The notes under the pieces are model-generated. The model was not told where the DNA came from. It did not search any database and saw only the letters and a list, made by a program, of their open reading frames with translations. From an uncultured Gemmatimonadaceae bacterium (lineage in GTDB: Bacteria; Gemmatimonadota; Gemmatimonadetes; Gemmatimonadales; Gemmatimonadaceae), in the NCBI GenBank assembly GCA_963843845.1, contig CAWJMB010000002.1, forward strand, positions 2,048,001 through 2,112,000: a DNA stretch of 64,000 nucleotides, read 5' to 3'. Positions within the stretch are counted from its first letter, which is position 1; each line of letters starts with the position of its first letter. Below, one piece after another: positions 35,180 through 49,344 of this stretch. The position numbers and the translations under genes are program-made.

Positions 35180-37682
35180 TCAGACGGCGCGCGCGAAGTG
35201 CCCGCGAGTGAACTGCTGGCGCACCGCGGTGCGCACGACGCGTACGTCCGGTCGCCGCCCCGACGCGAGCGCGTCGAGCGCGGCGCGGAGCCCGGCCACG
35301 ACGTCGCGCACCGGGTCGCCGGCGACGTTGAACACCGCGTGATAGCCGCGAATGCCCGCGCGCCAGAGCGGAGCGAGGAACTCCGACCCGTCCACGGGCC
35401 GGGAGTGCAGCAGGCGGTTGCGGCACGCGTAGTCGGTCGCGACGGGAAACGTGTACCCAGCCGGATCGGTCAGCTCGACGTTCGTGTGCTTCTGCACACA
35501 CAGATCGCGGCAGGTCGTCGCGACCCGCTCGTACGCCGCCGAGAGCACGCAGTGTTCGATCGTCATGCCTTCCGGCCGGCCGTAGACGAAGGTGTCGAAC
35601 CCGACTCCACCCCACGGCGCGACGACCTGCGCGATCTCGTCCATGGTCAGCTCGACCGACGTCGTGACCCGGCGCGCGCCGAGTCGGAACAGCTCGGCGG
35701 CGGTGTGCTGGTTGAAGCAATTCAGCGCGTAGTCCGCGATGACGTCTCGACCGTCCCCCGACAGTTCGGCGACGAGGCCGAGGTGGCCCGACAGCAGCGA
35801 CGTGCCCAACGCGAGCCACTTGTCGAGCTGGCGACGATCCTCCGGCCGCGCGATCGTCGGCGTGCGTATCCGCAGCGTGACGCCCCGCGCGGCCAGGTCC
35901 GCGTGGAGCGCGCGAACGCGAGCGACCGGCGGCATCGGATGGCGCAGGAACGGATCGAACACGATCTCGGTCGCGCCGCCGTCGGCCGCCGCTCGCGCGT
36001 CGTCCACGGTGTAGACGACGGCCCGGAGGGCGAACGTGTCGCCGGGGCCGACGGCGCTGGCGGTCGACGCGCTCGCGCCCACGTCAGCGACGGCGACCTG
36101 CACCTGCGCGGCACGTTCGGCGAGCGTCGCCTGGCGGGCCCAGTCGCGGCGCGTCAGCAACTCGTCGGTCGCGTCGGTGCGCAGCCGATTCAGCTCGCTC
36201 ACCGGCAGGAACAACCCGGGCGCGAGGCCGCGCTCGTCGACCGCCCCCAACGCGAATGGCGTCTCGCCGAGCCGGCCGAGCTGCTCCCGGATCTGCGCCG
36301 TCTCGAGGGCACGCCTCGTCGCGGGGGCGAGCGTGACCTCGCTGCGCACCGTCACCTCATCGTCGCCCGCGCGAACCACGGCCTTGAGCGGACTCCCGGC
36401 GCTGCCGAAGAGGCGGACGTCGAGACGCGTCTTCCGCTGTCGCGCCGCGAGCGGCAGCGCGCCGTAGCTCGCGCGGGCGCGCTCGATCAGCGCGGCGTGC
36501 GACGTCCGCAGCACGCGCCACCCCGCGGGTACCTGCACCGACGTCACGATCGCCTGCCGCACGACTCCGCGCCGCTCGGCGACCGTGCGCACGTCGCCGA
36601 CCGCGAACCCGGTGCTCGTCCCCGCGGTGCCGAACGGCGGCTCGAAGCCGAGCCCATCGCCGACCGCGACCGGCGTCGTCAGCTCCACGATCAGCTCGCG
36701 CCCTTCGCGACCGACCACGGCGCCGAGCGACACACCGAGCTTGTCTGGCTGGTCGCGCGTGATGTAGTCGCGGCCCGAGCGACCGCCGTACATCCCGCCG
36801 GTGAAGCCGCGGCTGAAGATCTGCACGAGCGGCTCGACGTCGCTCGGCGTCGGCGCCACCCATTCCCCGCGCCCGAGCTGGTCGAGCCAGGTGCGATAGG
36901 ACTTCGTCACCGTCGCGACGTACTCCGGCTTCTTCTTGCGCCCTTCGACCTTGAGGCAGCCGACACCCAACTCGGCGAGCGCCGGCACGTGGTCGTGCGC
37001 GCCGAGGTCCTTCGCCGAGATCAGATAGCCGCGATCGAGCTCGACGCCGGTGGACGCATCGGCGAGCACGTAGTCTTTCCGACAGCTCTGCGCGCACGAA
37101 CCCCGGTTCGCGGACCGTTCCGAGATCATTCCGGACATGTAGCACTGCCCGGAGTACGAGATGCACAGCGCGCCGTGGACGAACGTCTCGAGCCCGAGGT
37201 CCGGCAGGGCGTCGCGGATAGCGCGCACGTCGCCCAACGTGTTCTCGCGCGCGAGCACGACGCGCTCGACGCCGAGCGCCTGCATGACGCGCGCGCCGCT
37301 CACGTCGTGCACCGTCATCTGCGTCGACCCGTGGATCTCGAGGTCGCGGGTAGACGCGCTGGATGAGCCTCACGACGCCGACATCCTGTACGATCGCCGC
37401 GTCGATGCCGCGATCGACGCACTCGCCCAGATAGCGGAGCGCGTCCTCCAGCTCGTGCGGCTTGATCAGGACGTTGAACGTCAGATAGACGCGGACGCCG
37501 TGGGCGTGCGCCGTCGCGCACGCCTGCTCCAGCTCGTCGAGCGAGAGCTGCGCCCCGTCGTCGCGCGCGTTGAACTGCGACGCGCCGAGGTACACGGCGT
37601 TCGCGCCGTTCGCGACAGCGGCGCGAACGGCATCGAGCGAACCCGCCGGGGCGAGCAATTCAGGGACTCGGCGCTGCGACAT
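35180..37682 (-). CDS. Peptidase U32 family protein, long RlhA-like form; frameshift near 37343
   Basis: PELLAPAG, GANAVYLG, HGSTQMTV, HGALCISYSGQC, NRGSCAQSCR, LKVEGRKK, QLGRLGETPF. Confidence 0.85.
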
Positions 37683-37750
37683 AAGCCCTGTAACATAAAC
37701 GACTTGCGCGCTTCGTTGAAGCGACGCCGCGGCGCCGATCGCGTTCGCGC

Positions 37751-37921
37751 TCAGTCGCCGCCGGGACGCGGGCCGCGGGGAACGAAGCGCATCAACACGG
37801 CGGCCGCCAGCAGGCCGATCGCCACGTAGCGCGTCCAGTCGAGGCCGGTCGCCATGCCGACGCCGAACACCACGATGGCCGCGAACAGCAGCCCGAGCTT
37901 GATGCGCGTCTTCTCGTCCAC
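37751..37921 (-). CDS. Small (56 aa) two-TM membrane protein, not in the ORF track
   Basis: Manual translation VDEKTRIKLGLLFAAIVVFGVGMATGLDWTRYVAIGLLAAVLMRFVPRGPRPGGD*; starts 7 bp after the upstream stop. Confidence 0.65.
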   Translation of the reverse strand: MDEKTRIKLGLLFAAIVVFGVGMATGLDWTRYVAIGLLAAAVLMRFVPRGPRPGGD

Positions 37922-37928
37922 GGCCGGC

Positions 37929-38303
37929 TCAGGTGGCGGTCGGAAGCCCGAGTGCGCGCGCCTCGTCGGCCGGGACGTCGAGTACCATCCGAAGGAGCGC
38001 GGTCGAATAGACCTTGCCCTGTGCGTCCGTCTTCAGCGAGAGCGTGCCTCCGCCGTCGAGCGCGCCGTGGAGCAGGAAGTTCAGGGCGTGCAGGTTCGGC
38101 AGTTCGAAGCGGTCGACGCCGCCGTCGATGACGCCTCGAAAGTGCTCGGCCACGCGCGCGAGGCTCAGCTCGCGCGCGAGGAGCGGGTACCATTCCGGCT
38201 TGAGCGCGATGACACCGACGTTCGCCGTGTCGCCCTTGTCGCCGGAACGAGCGTGCGCGATGTCGACGAGGCGCACGCGGACTGTGGTCTTGGACTCGCT
38301 CAC
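37929..38303 (-). CDS. Stand-alone AtuA C-terminal-like small protein
   Basis: [33 protein letters not shown]...[13 protein letters not shown] overlap with the upstream stop. Confidence 0.82.
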   Translation of the reverse strand: MSESKTTVRVRLVDIAHARSGDKGDTANVGVIALKPEWYPLLARELSLARVAEHFRGVIDGGVDRFELPNLHALNFLLHGALDGGGTLSLKTDAQGKVYSTALLRMVLDVPADEARALGLPTAT

Positions 38304-39680
38304 GAGCGCACCTCCACGGACGTCTGCACGACGGTCTTGTCGATCAGCGCCGGCCAGTACGCGACGATCTCTTCGACCTTGGGCCGTCCGCCGGCGAAGC
38401 CGGTCACGCTCGGGGGCCCGTTCAGCACGAGCGGCGCGATCTCCCGAGTGAACCGCTCGATCGACGCGCGATCCGATCCGCGCACGCCGACGCGCAGTTG
38501 GACTTCCGGCAGGTCGTTCGGCACCGAGCCGGCCAGCGCACCATGGGTCGCGGAGGCGCCGACGAACTCGGTCAGGAGCTGGTCGAACCGAAGGCCGAGC
38601 CGGTCGAGCCGCTCGCGCAACACCCGATCGGCCAGCCTGCGCCTTCTCCAGCGCGTCCGGCCACGAATACACGAGCGTTCCCACCGCCTTGTAGCCGGCC
38701 CGGTAGGCGATCGACACCTTGAGCTTGTCGGTCGCCGGCCGCCCTTCGATGCCGAACACGCGCACCCGATTCGCACCGTCCTGCTCGAGGCGAATCGACG
38801 TGAAGTCGGCGACGACGTCGGGGGTGATGTATGCGTGCGGGTCGCCCATCTCGTAGACGAGCTGCTCGCTCACGCTCGGCACGTCGACGCGGCCGCCCGT
38901 GTTCGGATGCTTGGTGATGGTGAACGTGCCGTCGGCGCGCGCCTCAGCGATCGGATACCCGACGTTGCCCAGGTCCGGGATCGAGCGCCAGTCGTAGAGG
39001 CAGTTGCCGCCCGAGCACTGCGCGCCGCATTCCAGGATGTGGCCGGCGATGATCCCCGCAGCGAGGTGGTTCCAATCTTCGGCGCCCCATCCGAATTCGT
39101 ACCGCAGCGGCGCCATCGTGAGCGCCGTGTCCGTCGAGCGCCCCGTGATGACGATGTGCGCGCCCTGGGCCAACGCTTCGACGATCGGCGTCGACCCGAT
39201 GTACGCGTTGGCGGAGAGCACGCGATCGCGCACGGTCGAGAGTGGCTCGCCCGTCTCCATGTTCGAGAGCGCGTGGCCCGCCTCGATGAGCTCATCGAGG
39301 CGCGGGAGCAGATCGTCGCCGGTCACCACACCGACCTTCACCTTGCCGCGCGCGCCGTGGCGATCCGCGACGTCGAGGATGGCGTCGGCGCAGGCTGGCG
39401 GGTTCACTCCGCCCGCGTTCGCGATGACGCGCACGCCGCGTTCGACGACCGCCGGCAGCACGCTCTCGATGGCGCCGACGAAGTCGCGCGCGTAGCCCAT
39501 CCGCGGGTCGCGTTCCTTCTGCTTCTGCAGAATGGACATCGTGACCTCGGCGAGATAATCGAGCATCAGGTAGTCGACCGGGCCGCCTTCGACCTGCTGG
39601 CGTGGCGCGTCGAGCGAGTCGCCCCAGAACCCCTGGCCGCTCGCGACGCGCACCACGCGTTCGCTGCTGTGTGCTGTCAC
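38300..39680 (-). CDS. Acyclic terpene utilization AtuA family protein (DUF1446); frameshift near 38636
   Basis: [60 protein letters not shown]. Confidence 0.87.
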
Positions 39681-39690
39681 GTCTGTGTGT

Positions 39691-41306
39691 TCAAAGGGTT
39701 GGCGGCAGCACGAACGCGCCGAGGTGCGGACCGGGATTCTGGGCGGCGGCACGGAGCGCCGTCGCCAGCACGCGCCGCGTTTCCTCAGGGTGCACGATCG
39801 CGTCGACATAGCCGCGCGCGGCGGCGTACTTCGCGTCGAGCTGATGTTCGTAGTCGGCCCGCATCTCGTCGACCGAGTGCGCGACGTCGTCGGGGAGCGG
39901 CGTGCCGGCTCGACGCGCCTTGTCGATCGCCGGGCCGTGCACGGCGCCGACCGCGCTCTCTCCCTCCATCACCCCCATGCGGCCGGTCGGCCACGAGAAG
40001 ATGAAATCGGGGTCGAAGCCCTGACCGGCCATGGCGTAGTAGCCGGCGCCGGAGGCGTGGTTCACGGTCAGCACCACTTTCGGCACGCGCGCCGTCGCCA
40101 TCGCTTCGACGAAGCGCGCCCCCGCTCGGATGATCCCTTCGTGCTCGGCGTCCGGCCCGACCATGAAGCCGGACACGTCCTGCACGAACAGCAGCGGGAT
40201 GCGCTGCCGGTCGCACCGCTCGATGAAGTAGGCGACCTTGTCGGCGCTCTCGGCGTAGACGATCCCGCCGAAGCGCGGGCGCTCGCCGGCGCGCCCTTTC
40301 ACGAGCCCACGTTGGTTCGCGATGATGCCCACCGGGGTCCCGGCGATCCGCGCGTCGGCACAGATCATCTCCTTCGCGAGGTCGCCCTGGAACTCGTCGA
40401 GATGGCCGGCGTGCCCGGAGCTCGGTGACGGGTCGACGATCGCGCGGAGCACGGTGTGCATGTCGTACGACATGCGGTGATCTGCGGGGAGCAGCTCGTA
40501 GAGCGCGTCGCCATCGTCGTCCGCCATCGGCTCGTGCGGCGTCTGCGGCGGCAGCCGGTCGACCAGCTCGCGCAGCTTCGCGAGGCACGCCTCGTCGTCG
40601 TCGACCGCGTAGTGCGCCACGCCGCTGATCGCGGTGTGGGTCGTCGCGCCGCCTAACGTTTCGTTGTCGATCGTCTGCCCCGTCGCGCCCTTCACGAGAT
40701 TCGCGCCGCCGAGTCCCATGAACGACGTCCCCTTGACCATCAGGATCACGTCGGAGAGCGCCGGCAGGTACGCGCCGCCGGCGATGCACGGCCCCATGAC
40801 CGCCGCGAGTTGCGGCACGCGCAGGTAGCGCCGCATGATCGAGTTGTAGTAGAAGATCCGCGCCGCGCCATACTGCCCGGGGAACACGCCCCCCTGGTAC
40901 GGCAGGTTCACGCCCGCGGAGTCGACGAGGTAGATGATCGGGATGCGGCAGCGCATCGCGATCTCCTGCGCACGAAGGATCTTCTTGATCGTCTCGGGCC
41001 ACCACGACCCTGCCTTGACGGTCGCGTCGTTCGCGACGACGACGACGTCGCGGCCGTGCACGCGCGCGAGTCCGGTGACCACGCCCGCACCCGGCGCCTG
41101 CCCGTCGTACTGGTCGTACGCGACGAAGAGCCCGATCTCGATGAACGGCGCGTCTGGGTCACGCAGTCGTTCGACGCGCTCGCGCGCCGTGAGCTTTCCT
41201 TGCTTGTGCTGCCGATCGATCTTGTCCGGCCCTCCGCCCGCGCGCAGCCGTTCTTCGAGCTGGCGCACCTCCTCGCTCAGCGTACGGAGGCGCGTCCCCT
41301 GTGCAT

Positions 41307-41310
<4 letters not shown>
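39691..41310 (-). CDS. Acyl-CoA carboxylase carboxyltransferase (beta) subunit, methylcrotonyl/geranyl-CoA carboxylase-like
   Basis: [56 protein letters not shown]. Confidence 0.9.
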
Positions 41311-41723
<413 letters not shown>

Positions 41724-41749
41724 TTCGAGCTGATCTCCTAGGGGGCACG

Positions 41750-42994
41750 GTGGCGAAGACACGAAAGCTACCCGGGCGTCGGGAACACGAGCAACCCGGC
41801 GCGGCACCTTCGCGTCATGCGTCGAACGCGGTCGGTCGACTCATCGCTGCGCTCGCGTCGCGGCAGCCGCTCGCCGACGACATGCTCGCGCTCGTGACCC
41901 GCGTCGATGACGCAGGCTTCCGCGACGCCGTCCTCGCGACGGCGCGTGCGTTGCGCCTGCTCGGCCTCGTCCTCGAGCGACTGACGACGCCCGAGCTACA
42001 GCGTGCCGTCGATCCGGCGACGCTCGCGCTCCTCACGGCAGCGCGACGTATCTGGCGTGCGCACGCGGCGGCACAGGATCTCGAGCTCGACCGGGTGTTG
42101 CAGGCGTGCGCGCGCCGGGGCATCGCCCCGATGCTGCTGAAGGGGGCTGCGCTGCGCCGAGCGTACTACCGGCCGTCGTGCGCGAGGGCGATGGGCGACG
42201 TGGACCTCCTCGTGCCGGCGATGCGCGTCGGCGACGCGATCGCCGCGCTCGCGGACGCGGGGTACGACGTCCCGGACGCGTACGAAACGTCCGCGTATTC
42301 GCAGTTCCACTTCCACTACCGGCTCGTGCATCCGCGCGGCCACGTCGTCGAGCTCCACTGGGCGCTCACGGAGCCGGACGCGCCGTACCGACTCGACGCG
42401 GCAGCGTTTCTTCGCCACGCGCGAACGCGCGCGGATGCGCGCGCCACGGCGGCTTGCGTTGCCGCGCCCGAAGATCTCGTGCTTCATCTCACGGCCCAGC
42501 ACGCAGCCGACCCGATCCGCGCGCTCGCGCGCGCCGTCGACATCGATCGCATTGCGCACGCCGAGCCGGCGATGGACTGGGACCGGGTGGCGCACGACGC
42601 CCGGGCGGGCGGCATGACGACGGCGCTGTGGACGCTGCTGACGCTCGCGCACGAGTTGCTCGACGCCCCCGTGCCGGTCACGACGCTCCATCGCGCCCGG
42701 CCGAGCGTCGCGGTCCGCGCACACCTGCAGCTACTGCGGCTCGCGCCTCGCGCCGCCGGGGCGACGACGTCGAGCGAACGCGAGCTCCGGCTGCTCCAGC
42801 TGTGGAGCCTGCTCGGCGACCATCCGGTGCGGGTCGTGGTCGGATGGCTCGTCGTGCAGGGCTTCATGGGTCCGCACGAACGCGTGACGAATGCCGCCCG
42901 GTCGCGCTGGCACCGCTGGGGGCTCGGTGCGCGCGATCTGCTCGGACTCGCGCGCGCGCAGGCCGGGGTCTACGGCTCGACGGTCGCGCTCTGA
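41750..42994 (+). CDS. Uncharacterised nucleotidyltransferase family protein (NTP_transf_5-like); start uncertain, possibly ATG 41882
   Basis: [10 protein letters not shown]....[25 protein letters not shown] motifs. Confidence 0.75.
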   Translation: MAKTRKLPGRREHEQPGAAPSRHASNAVGRLIAALASRQPLADDMLALVTRVDDAGFRDAVLATARALRLLGLVLERLTTPELQRAVDPATLALLTAARRIWRAHAAAQDLELDRVLQACARRGIAPMLLKGAALRRAYYRPSCARAMGDVDLLVPAMRVGDAIAALADAGYDVPDAYETSAYSQFHFHYRLVHPRGHVVELHWALTEPDAPYRLDAAAFLRHARTRADARATAACVAAPEDLVLHLTAQHAADPIRALARAVDIDRIAHAEPAMDWDRVAHDARAGGMTTALWTLLTLAHELLDAPVPVTTLHRARPSVAVRAHLQLLRLAPRAAGATTSSERELRLLQLWSLLGDHPVRVVVGWLVVQGFMGPHERVTNAARSRWHRWGLGARDLLGLARAQAGVYGSTVAL

Positions 42995-43016
42995 CGCCGG
43001 GACGCGCGGGCGGCGA

Positions 43017-43780
43017 TCACTGCCGCCGCGCGACGAGAAGCATCTCGCTCGACGTTCGGCGGAGCGGCCGGTCGCGCCATCCATCGAACGCCTGCTCGAC
43101 GATCAGCCCGGCATCCGCGCACAGCTCCGCGATCCGGGTCGCGGTGTACAGCCGGATGCGGTGTTCGCGCTCGCCGCGCGCCGCCGGCCCCTCCCACGTG
43201 GTGCGGATCGTCATCACCCCGGAGAGCGGATCGAACGACCGCTCGTGGCCGATCATCGTGCCGTCGTCGCTCCGCCACCAGTCGCGGTCGAGAAACTTCG
43301 CCATGACGCCGTCGCGGCTTCCGCCGTGCCAGACGAGGACACCGTCAGGTTTCAGGACACGCGCGAACTCGGCGATCACGCGCCGGTCGTCGGCGGGTTC
43401 GAGGAAGAAGCCGAACGAGGTGAACAGATTCGCGACGAGATCGAACCGCCCCGTCCAACGCGCGGGCAGCTTCCGCATGTCCCCGCGCGTGTAGCGCAGC
43501 GAGCGCGACGTCCCCGCCGCCGTCGCGACGCCGAGCAGGTCGGCCGAATAGTCGAGCGCGTCGACGTCGAAGCCGGCCTCGGCGAGCAGCCGCGCGTGGC
43601 GCCCCTGCCCGCACGGGCAGTCGAGGACACGCGCGCCCGCGGGAAGGCCGACGACGTCGAGCAACCGCGAAACTTCCTGCCGATCGCGCTCGGGCGTGAA
43701 GAGGGGCTCGTACTCGCGCAGGTACTGGGCGTCGAAGTAGCCGCCCCACCATTCCGAGGTCTTCGTCTCGGACGTCCTCG

Positions 43781-43784
<4 letters not shown>
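43017..43784 (-). CDS. Class I SAM-dependent methyltransferase, probable CTG start
   Basis: [40 protein letters not shown]. Confidence 0.85.
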
Positions 43785-45466
<1,682 letters not shown>

Positions 45467-45480
45467 GGAATCTCTCGGTC

Positions 45481-46632
45481 TCAGGTGGCTTCGTTCGTTC
45501 CTGCGATCAGCGCGCCGCTGCGCGCGAGCAGCGCGTCGGCGACGCCGAACGGCGTCTCGTGTCCGGACTCCATCGCGCCGAGCCGGTCGTCGACGAACGC
45601 GTTCGACGCGGCGTCGCGCCACAACCGGCTCCGCACGCGCTGCTCGACGACCTCGACGACCCGCTCGCGCAGCCGCGCACGGCGCCTCGCCTGCAGCTCG
45701 CCGCTCTCTGCAAGATAGCCCGCGTGCCGGTCGAGCGCCGTCAGCAGCTCGTCGAGCCCTTCCCCTTTCGCCGCAACGGTTTGCAGAACGGGTGGCGTCC
45801 AGCGGTCGGCGTGTGCGTCGGCGGCCGCGGCTCGTGCGGCGCGGGCAGGGTTCATCGCCTGCCGGGTCGCTTCGCGGTCCTCCGCCGAGAGCGTCTTGAG
45901 ATCGATGCCGTGGTGCGCCGGGACGTTCCGCAGCGCGTCCCCGCCCCGGAGTCCGAGCATCAGCTCGACGTCGTTCCGCATCCGGTCGGCGCCCGGGCGG
46001 TCCGCCTTGTTCACGACGAACACGTCGGCGATCTCCATGACGCCGGCCTTCAGCGTCTGGATGGCGTCGCCCCCCTCCGGCACGAGCACGACGAGCGTCG
46101 TATCCGCGGCGCGGGCGACGTCGAGCTCGCTCTGCCCGACGCCGACCGTCTCGAGGAGGATCACGTCGACCCCGAACGCGTCGAGGACGTCGCACACCTC
46201 GCGCGTCGCCGACGCGAGGCCGCCGAGGGAGCCGCGCGTGGCCATGGAGCGGATGTACACCCCCGGATCGAGGGCGACCGACTCCATGCGGATGCGGTCC
46301 CCGAGCAGGGCACCGCCGGTGAACGGCGACGTCGGATCGACGGCGACGATGCCGACCGTCTTGCCGCTCGCGCGCAAGGCCGTCGTCAGGCCGGTCGTGA
46401 TCGTGCTCTTTCCGGCGCCAGGCGGTCCGGTGATGCCCACACGCCGCGCCCGTCCCAAGGACGGGTGCAGCTCGGCGAGCAGCCGGTCGAACCCGGGACG
46501 GTGGTTCTCGACGACGCTGACGGCACGCGCGAGCGCCGGCATCCTGCCGCCTCGGAAATCGTGGAGGAGACGCGCGATGGGATCCCGCGTCGAGGGCGCC
46601 GCGGGCGCCGAGGGCTCGGACGTGAGGGTCAT
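45481..46632 (-). CDS. meaB: Mutase-associated GTPase chaperone MeaB
   Basis: [41 protein letters not shown]. Confidence 0.93.
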   Translation of the reverse strand: MTLTSEPSAPAAPSTRDPIARLLHDFRGGRMPALARAVSVVENHRPGFDRLLAELHPSLGRARRVGITGPPGAGKSTITTGLTTALRASGKTVGIVAVDPTSPFTGGALLGDRIRMESVALDPGVYIRSMATRGSLGGLASATREVCDVLDAFGVDVILLETVGVGQSELDVARAADTTLVVLVPEGGDAIQTLKAGVMEIADVFVVNKADRPGADRMRNDVELMLGLRGGDALRNVPAHHGIDLKTLSAEDREATRQAMNPARAARAAAADAHADRWTPPVLQTVAAKGEGLDELLTALDRHAGYLAESGELQARRRARLRERVVEVVEQRVRSRLWRDAASNAFVDDRLGAMESGHETPFGVADALLARSGALIAGTNEAT

Positions 46633-47624
46633 GGCAGCATCGGTCGCGCACCGGCGTCGGGCTCGTCGTGCTCGTCGCGGATGTCGCCGACCAGCTCCTC
46701 GAGCAGATCTTCCAGCGTCACCACCCCGAGGGTGGCGCCGTGGGTCTCGCCGTCGCTCGGCGGTGCACTGATGACGGCGAGGTGGCGGCGTGTGCGGAGC
46801 ATGGTGAACAGCAATTCGTTGCAGGGTGTCTCGGGGCGGCTCCGTGCGACCGAGCGGATCGGCGGCCAGCGTTCGCCGCTCGACTTCAGCACGTCGAACG
46901 CGTGCACGACGCCGACCACGTCGTCGAGCGAGCCGCGATAGACGGGCACCCGGCTGTACTTCGAGGCCGCGATATGGGCTGCCACGGCGAGCGGGGAGAG
47001 CCCCTCGTCGACAGCGAACAGCTCCGCGCGGGGCGTCATGACCGATGCCGCCGTCTTCTCGCCGAACTGCACGACGCCGGTGATGATCGCGATCTCCTCC
47101 GACTGGCCGACGCCCTCGCGCGCTCCCTCCCGCAGCAGCTCTTCGATGTCGCTCCGCGCCTCCTCGGCAGCCGGTCGTGGGCCGCGCGCCGCGAACGGCC
47201 GCGCGAGCATCGCGCCCACCCGGCGGAACGGAGCCGCGACGACGTCGATCGCGCGCAGCGGGCGCACGAGGATCGGCACCAGCCGCACCGGCCACCGCCG
47301 CGCGATCGCCCGCGGCACGAGCTGGCCGAGGAGCACGATCGCGAGGGCGACGACCACCGCGCGCCACCACACGTCCCGCGCCGCGGACTCTCCGGCGCCC
47401 ACCGCGGTCCCGGCGAGGAAGACGGCCAGGGCGATCCCGGTGCCGGCGGACACGAGGAGCCGCTGCGGTCGCTCGAGGTAGAGCTCCGCGAGCGACGCGC
47501 CGGCGAGCCGGCGCTCCACCCAGTGGCGAAGCCAGATGCGGCTGACCGACCGCACGGCGATACTCGCCGACGTGAGCACGGCGACCACGAGGGCAGCGCT
47601 GAGCGCGATGAGCGTCAGTCTCAT
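46629..47624 (-). CDS. CNNM (DUF21) plus CBS-pair protein, short form
   Basis: TM N-terminus, [42 protein letters not shown]. Confidence 0.85.
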   Translation of the reverse strand: MRLTLIALSAALVVAVLTSASIAVRSVSRIWLRHWVERRLAGASLAELYLERPQRLLVSAGTGIALAVFLAGTAVGAGESAARDVWWRAVVVALAIVLLGQLVPRAIARRWPVRLVPILVRPLRAIDVVAAPFRRVGAMLARPFAARGPRPAAEEARSDIEELLREGAREGVGQSEEIAIITGVVQFGEKTAASVMTPRAELFAVDEGLSPLAVAAHIAASKYSRVPVYRGSLDDVVGVVHAFDVLKSSGERWPPIRSVARSRPETPCNELLFTMLRTRRHLAVISAPPSDGETHGATLGVVTLEDLLEELVGDIRDEHDEPDAGARPMLP

Positions 47625-48883
47625 TCGACGCGCTCGGTGGCGCGCGTGCGAGCGGCCGGCTGGTCGTCGGCGCCGTCGTGGGCGCCCGTGACGCGCTCGA
47701 GATAGACACGCTGCACGCGCCGCCGCACCACACGTTCGACCACGACCCGGAAGTCGCCGATCGTGAGGCGCTCACCGGCGCGGGGTACGCGGCCGACGAG
47801 CTCGTACACGAGGCCGCCGACCGTCGAGACCTCCTCGTGCTCGAACGAGCTGCCGGTGATCTCCGAGAGATCGCCGAGCGTCATCCGGCCGGAGACCCAG
47901 AAGCGGTCCTCCCCCTCGCGCTCGAGCGTTCGCTCGACGTCCTCGTCGTTCTCGTCGCGGATGTCGCCGACGATCTCCTCGAGCACGTCGTCGATCGTCA
48001 CGAGCCCCTCCGTGCCACCGTACTCGTCGACCACGATGGCGATGTGCGTCCCGCTGACGCGGAAGTCGCGGAGCTGGTCGTCGATCTGTTTCGTCCCGGG
48101 GATGAACAGCGGCGGTCGAACGAGGCCGTCCCACCCGTCCACCGGCTCCTCGCCGGCGATGACCGCGGGGAGCAAATCCTTCGCGTACAGAATCCCCACG
48201 ATGTCGTCGAGCGTCCCGTCGTAGACGGGGACTCGCGAGTGCTCCGAGCTGCGCACGCGGTCGACGACCTCGGACCACGGCGCGTCGTGCGCGATGCCGA
48301 TCACGTCGACGCGGGGCACCATGATCTCGCTCACCGTCGTCTCGCCCAACGAGAACACGCCAGCGAGGAGCGACTGCTCCTCCCGACTCACGTCCGCCTC
48401 GGACGTGATGACCTCACGGAACTGTTCGGCCGACTCTTCCCGCGACGACGCGTCCGCCGCCGCGGGCGGCAGTGCGCGCAGCAGCCGGGCGTCGAGCCGC
48501 GCGCTCAGCCAGAGCAGCGGCGCGAACAGCAGCTCGGCGGCACGCGTCATCGGCGCGAGACGGCCCACCCCGCGCGCGCCGATCGCGTGCCCCACCTCGC
48601 GAGCGGCCGTCTCGGCGACGACGACGACGCCGAACGCCGCGACGAGCGCGATCGCGACCGCGGCGATGCTCGAGCGTGCCGGCAGGTCGAGCGCCATCGC
48701 GGTCGCGACCCCGCAGGCGAGGATCGCGACGACGCGCGCGAAGGCGAGTGCGCGATGCGTCGCCGCGTGCGCGTGCACGCCGGCGCCGTCGTCGTCCTGC
48801 TCGGACGCGAGGAGGGCGGCGTCGGCGAGCACGAACGTGAAGGCGAGTGCGCCGCAGAGGATGGCGACGATCGTCGCGATCAT
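47621..48883 (-). CDS. Hemolysin/CorC family protein (CNNM, CBS pair, CorC_HlyC)
   Basis: IMVPRVDV, HSRVPVY, VVDEYGGTEGLVTIDDVLEEIVGDI, STVGG. Confidence 0.88.
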   Translation of the reverse strand: MIATIVAILCGALAFTFVLADAALLASEQDDDGAGVHAHAATHRALAFARVVAILACGVATAMALDLPARSSIAAVAIALVAAFGVVVVAETAAREVGHAIGARGVGRLAPMTRAAELLFAPLLWLSARLDARLLRALPPAAADASSREESAEQFREVITSEADVSREEQSLLAGVFSLGETTVSEIMVPRVDVIGIAHDAPWSEVVDRVRSSEHSRVPVYDGTLDDIVGILYAKDLLPAVIAGEEPVDGWDGLVRPPLFIPGTKQIDDQLRDFRVSGTHIAIVVDEYGGTEGLVTIDDVLEEIVGDIRDENDEDVERTLEREGEDRFWVSGRMTLGDLSEITGSSFEHEEVSTVGGLVYELVGRVPRAGERLTIGDFRVVVERVVRRRVQRVYLERVTGAHDGADDQPAARTRATERVE

Positions 48884-49344
48884 GCGGCGGCGACCCGCGG
48901 CCAGTGCGTCGCGAGCAACCGCTCCTGTCGCCGCCACATCTCGGAGCGTTCGCGCGCCTCCTCGTCATCGGGATGCGCGTAGCCGAGCGCGTGCAGCACG
49001 CCGTGCACCACGAGGCGCGCGAGCTCGTCGCGCACGCCGACCGCGAAGCGGCGTGCGTTCTCGCGCGCGACGTCCGGCGCGATGTAGATGTCGCCGTGAA
49101 CCGGTCCGTCCGGGAGGCGCGCGAGCTCGAAGGTGATGATGTCGGTCGGCCCGCGGTGCCCGAGGTGCCGACGGTTCAGCGTCGCGATGCGCGCCGCGCT
49201 GACGAACGTCACCGAGATGTCCGCCGCGCGGACTCGCTCGGCGCGCAGCACGCGACGCACGAGCGCCGCCACGCGATCGCGCGCGATCGGGACCCGCACG
49301 TCGACCGTCTCGACCGAGACCTCGATCGCCGCCGGCGCGCTCAC
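48880..49344 (-). CDS. ybeY: rRNA maturation RNase YbeY
   Basis: LNRR, PTDIITF, GDIYI, HGVLHALGYAH. Confidence 0.92.
   Translation of the reverse strand: MSAPAAIEVSVETVDVRVPIARDRVAALVRRVLRAERVRAADISVTFVSAARIATLNRRHLGHRGPTDIITFELARLPDGPVHGDIYIAPDVARENARRFAVGVRDELARLVVHGVLHALGYAHPDDEEARERSEMWRRQERLLATHWPRVAAA

Noticed and set aside
37929..39809. Apparent full-length fused AtuA (626 aa) in the ORF track
   Set aside because: The fusion arises from an indel near 38636; the conserved C-terminus of the large gene is in another frame and ends at 38300 with a GTGA overlap into a separate small gene.
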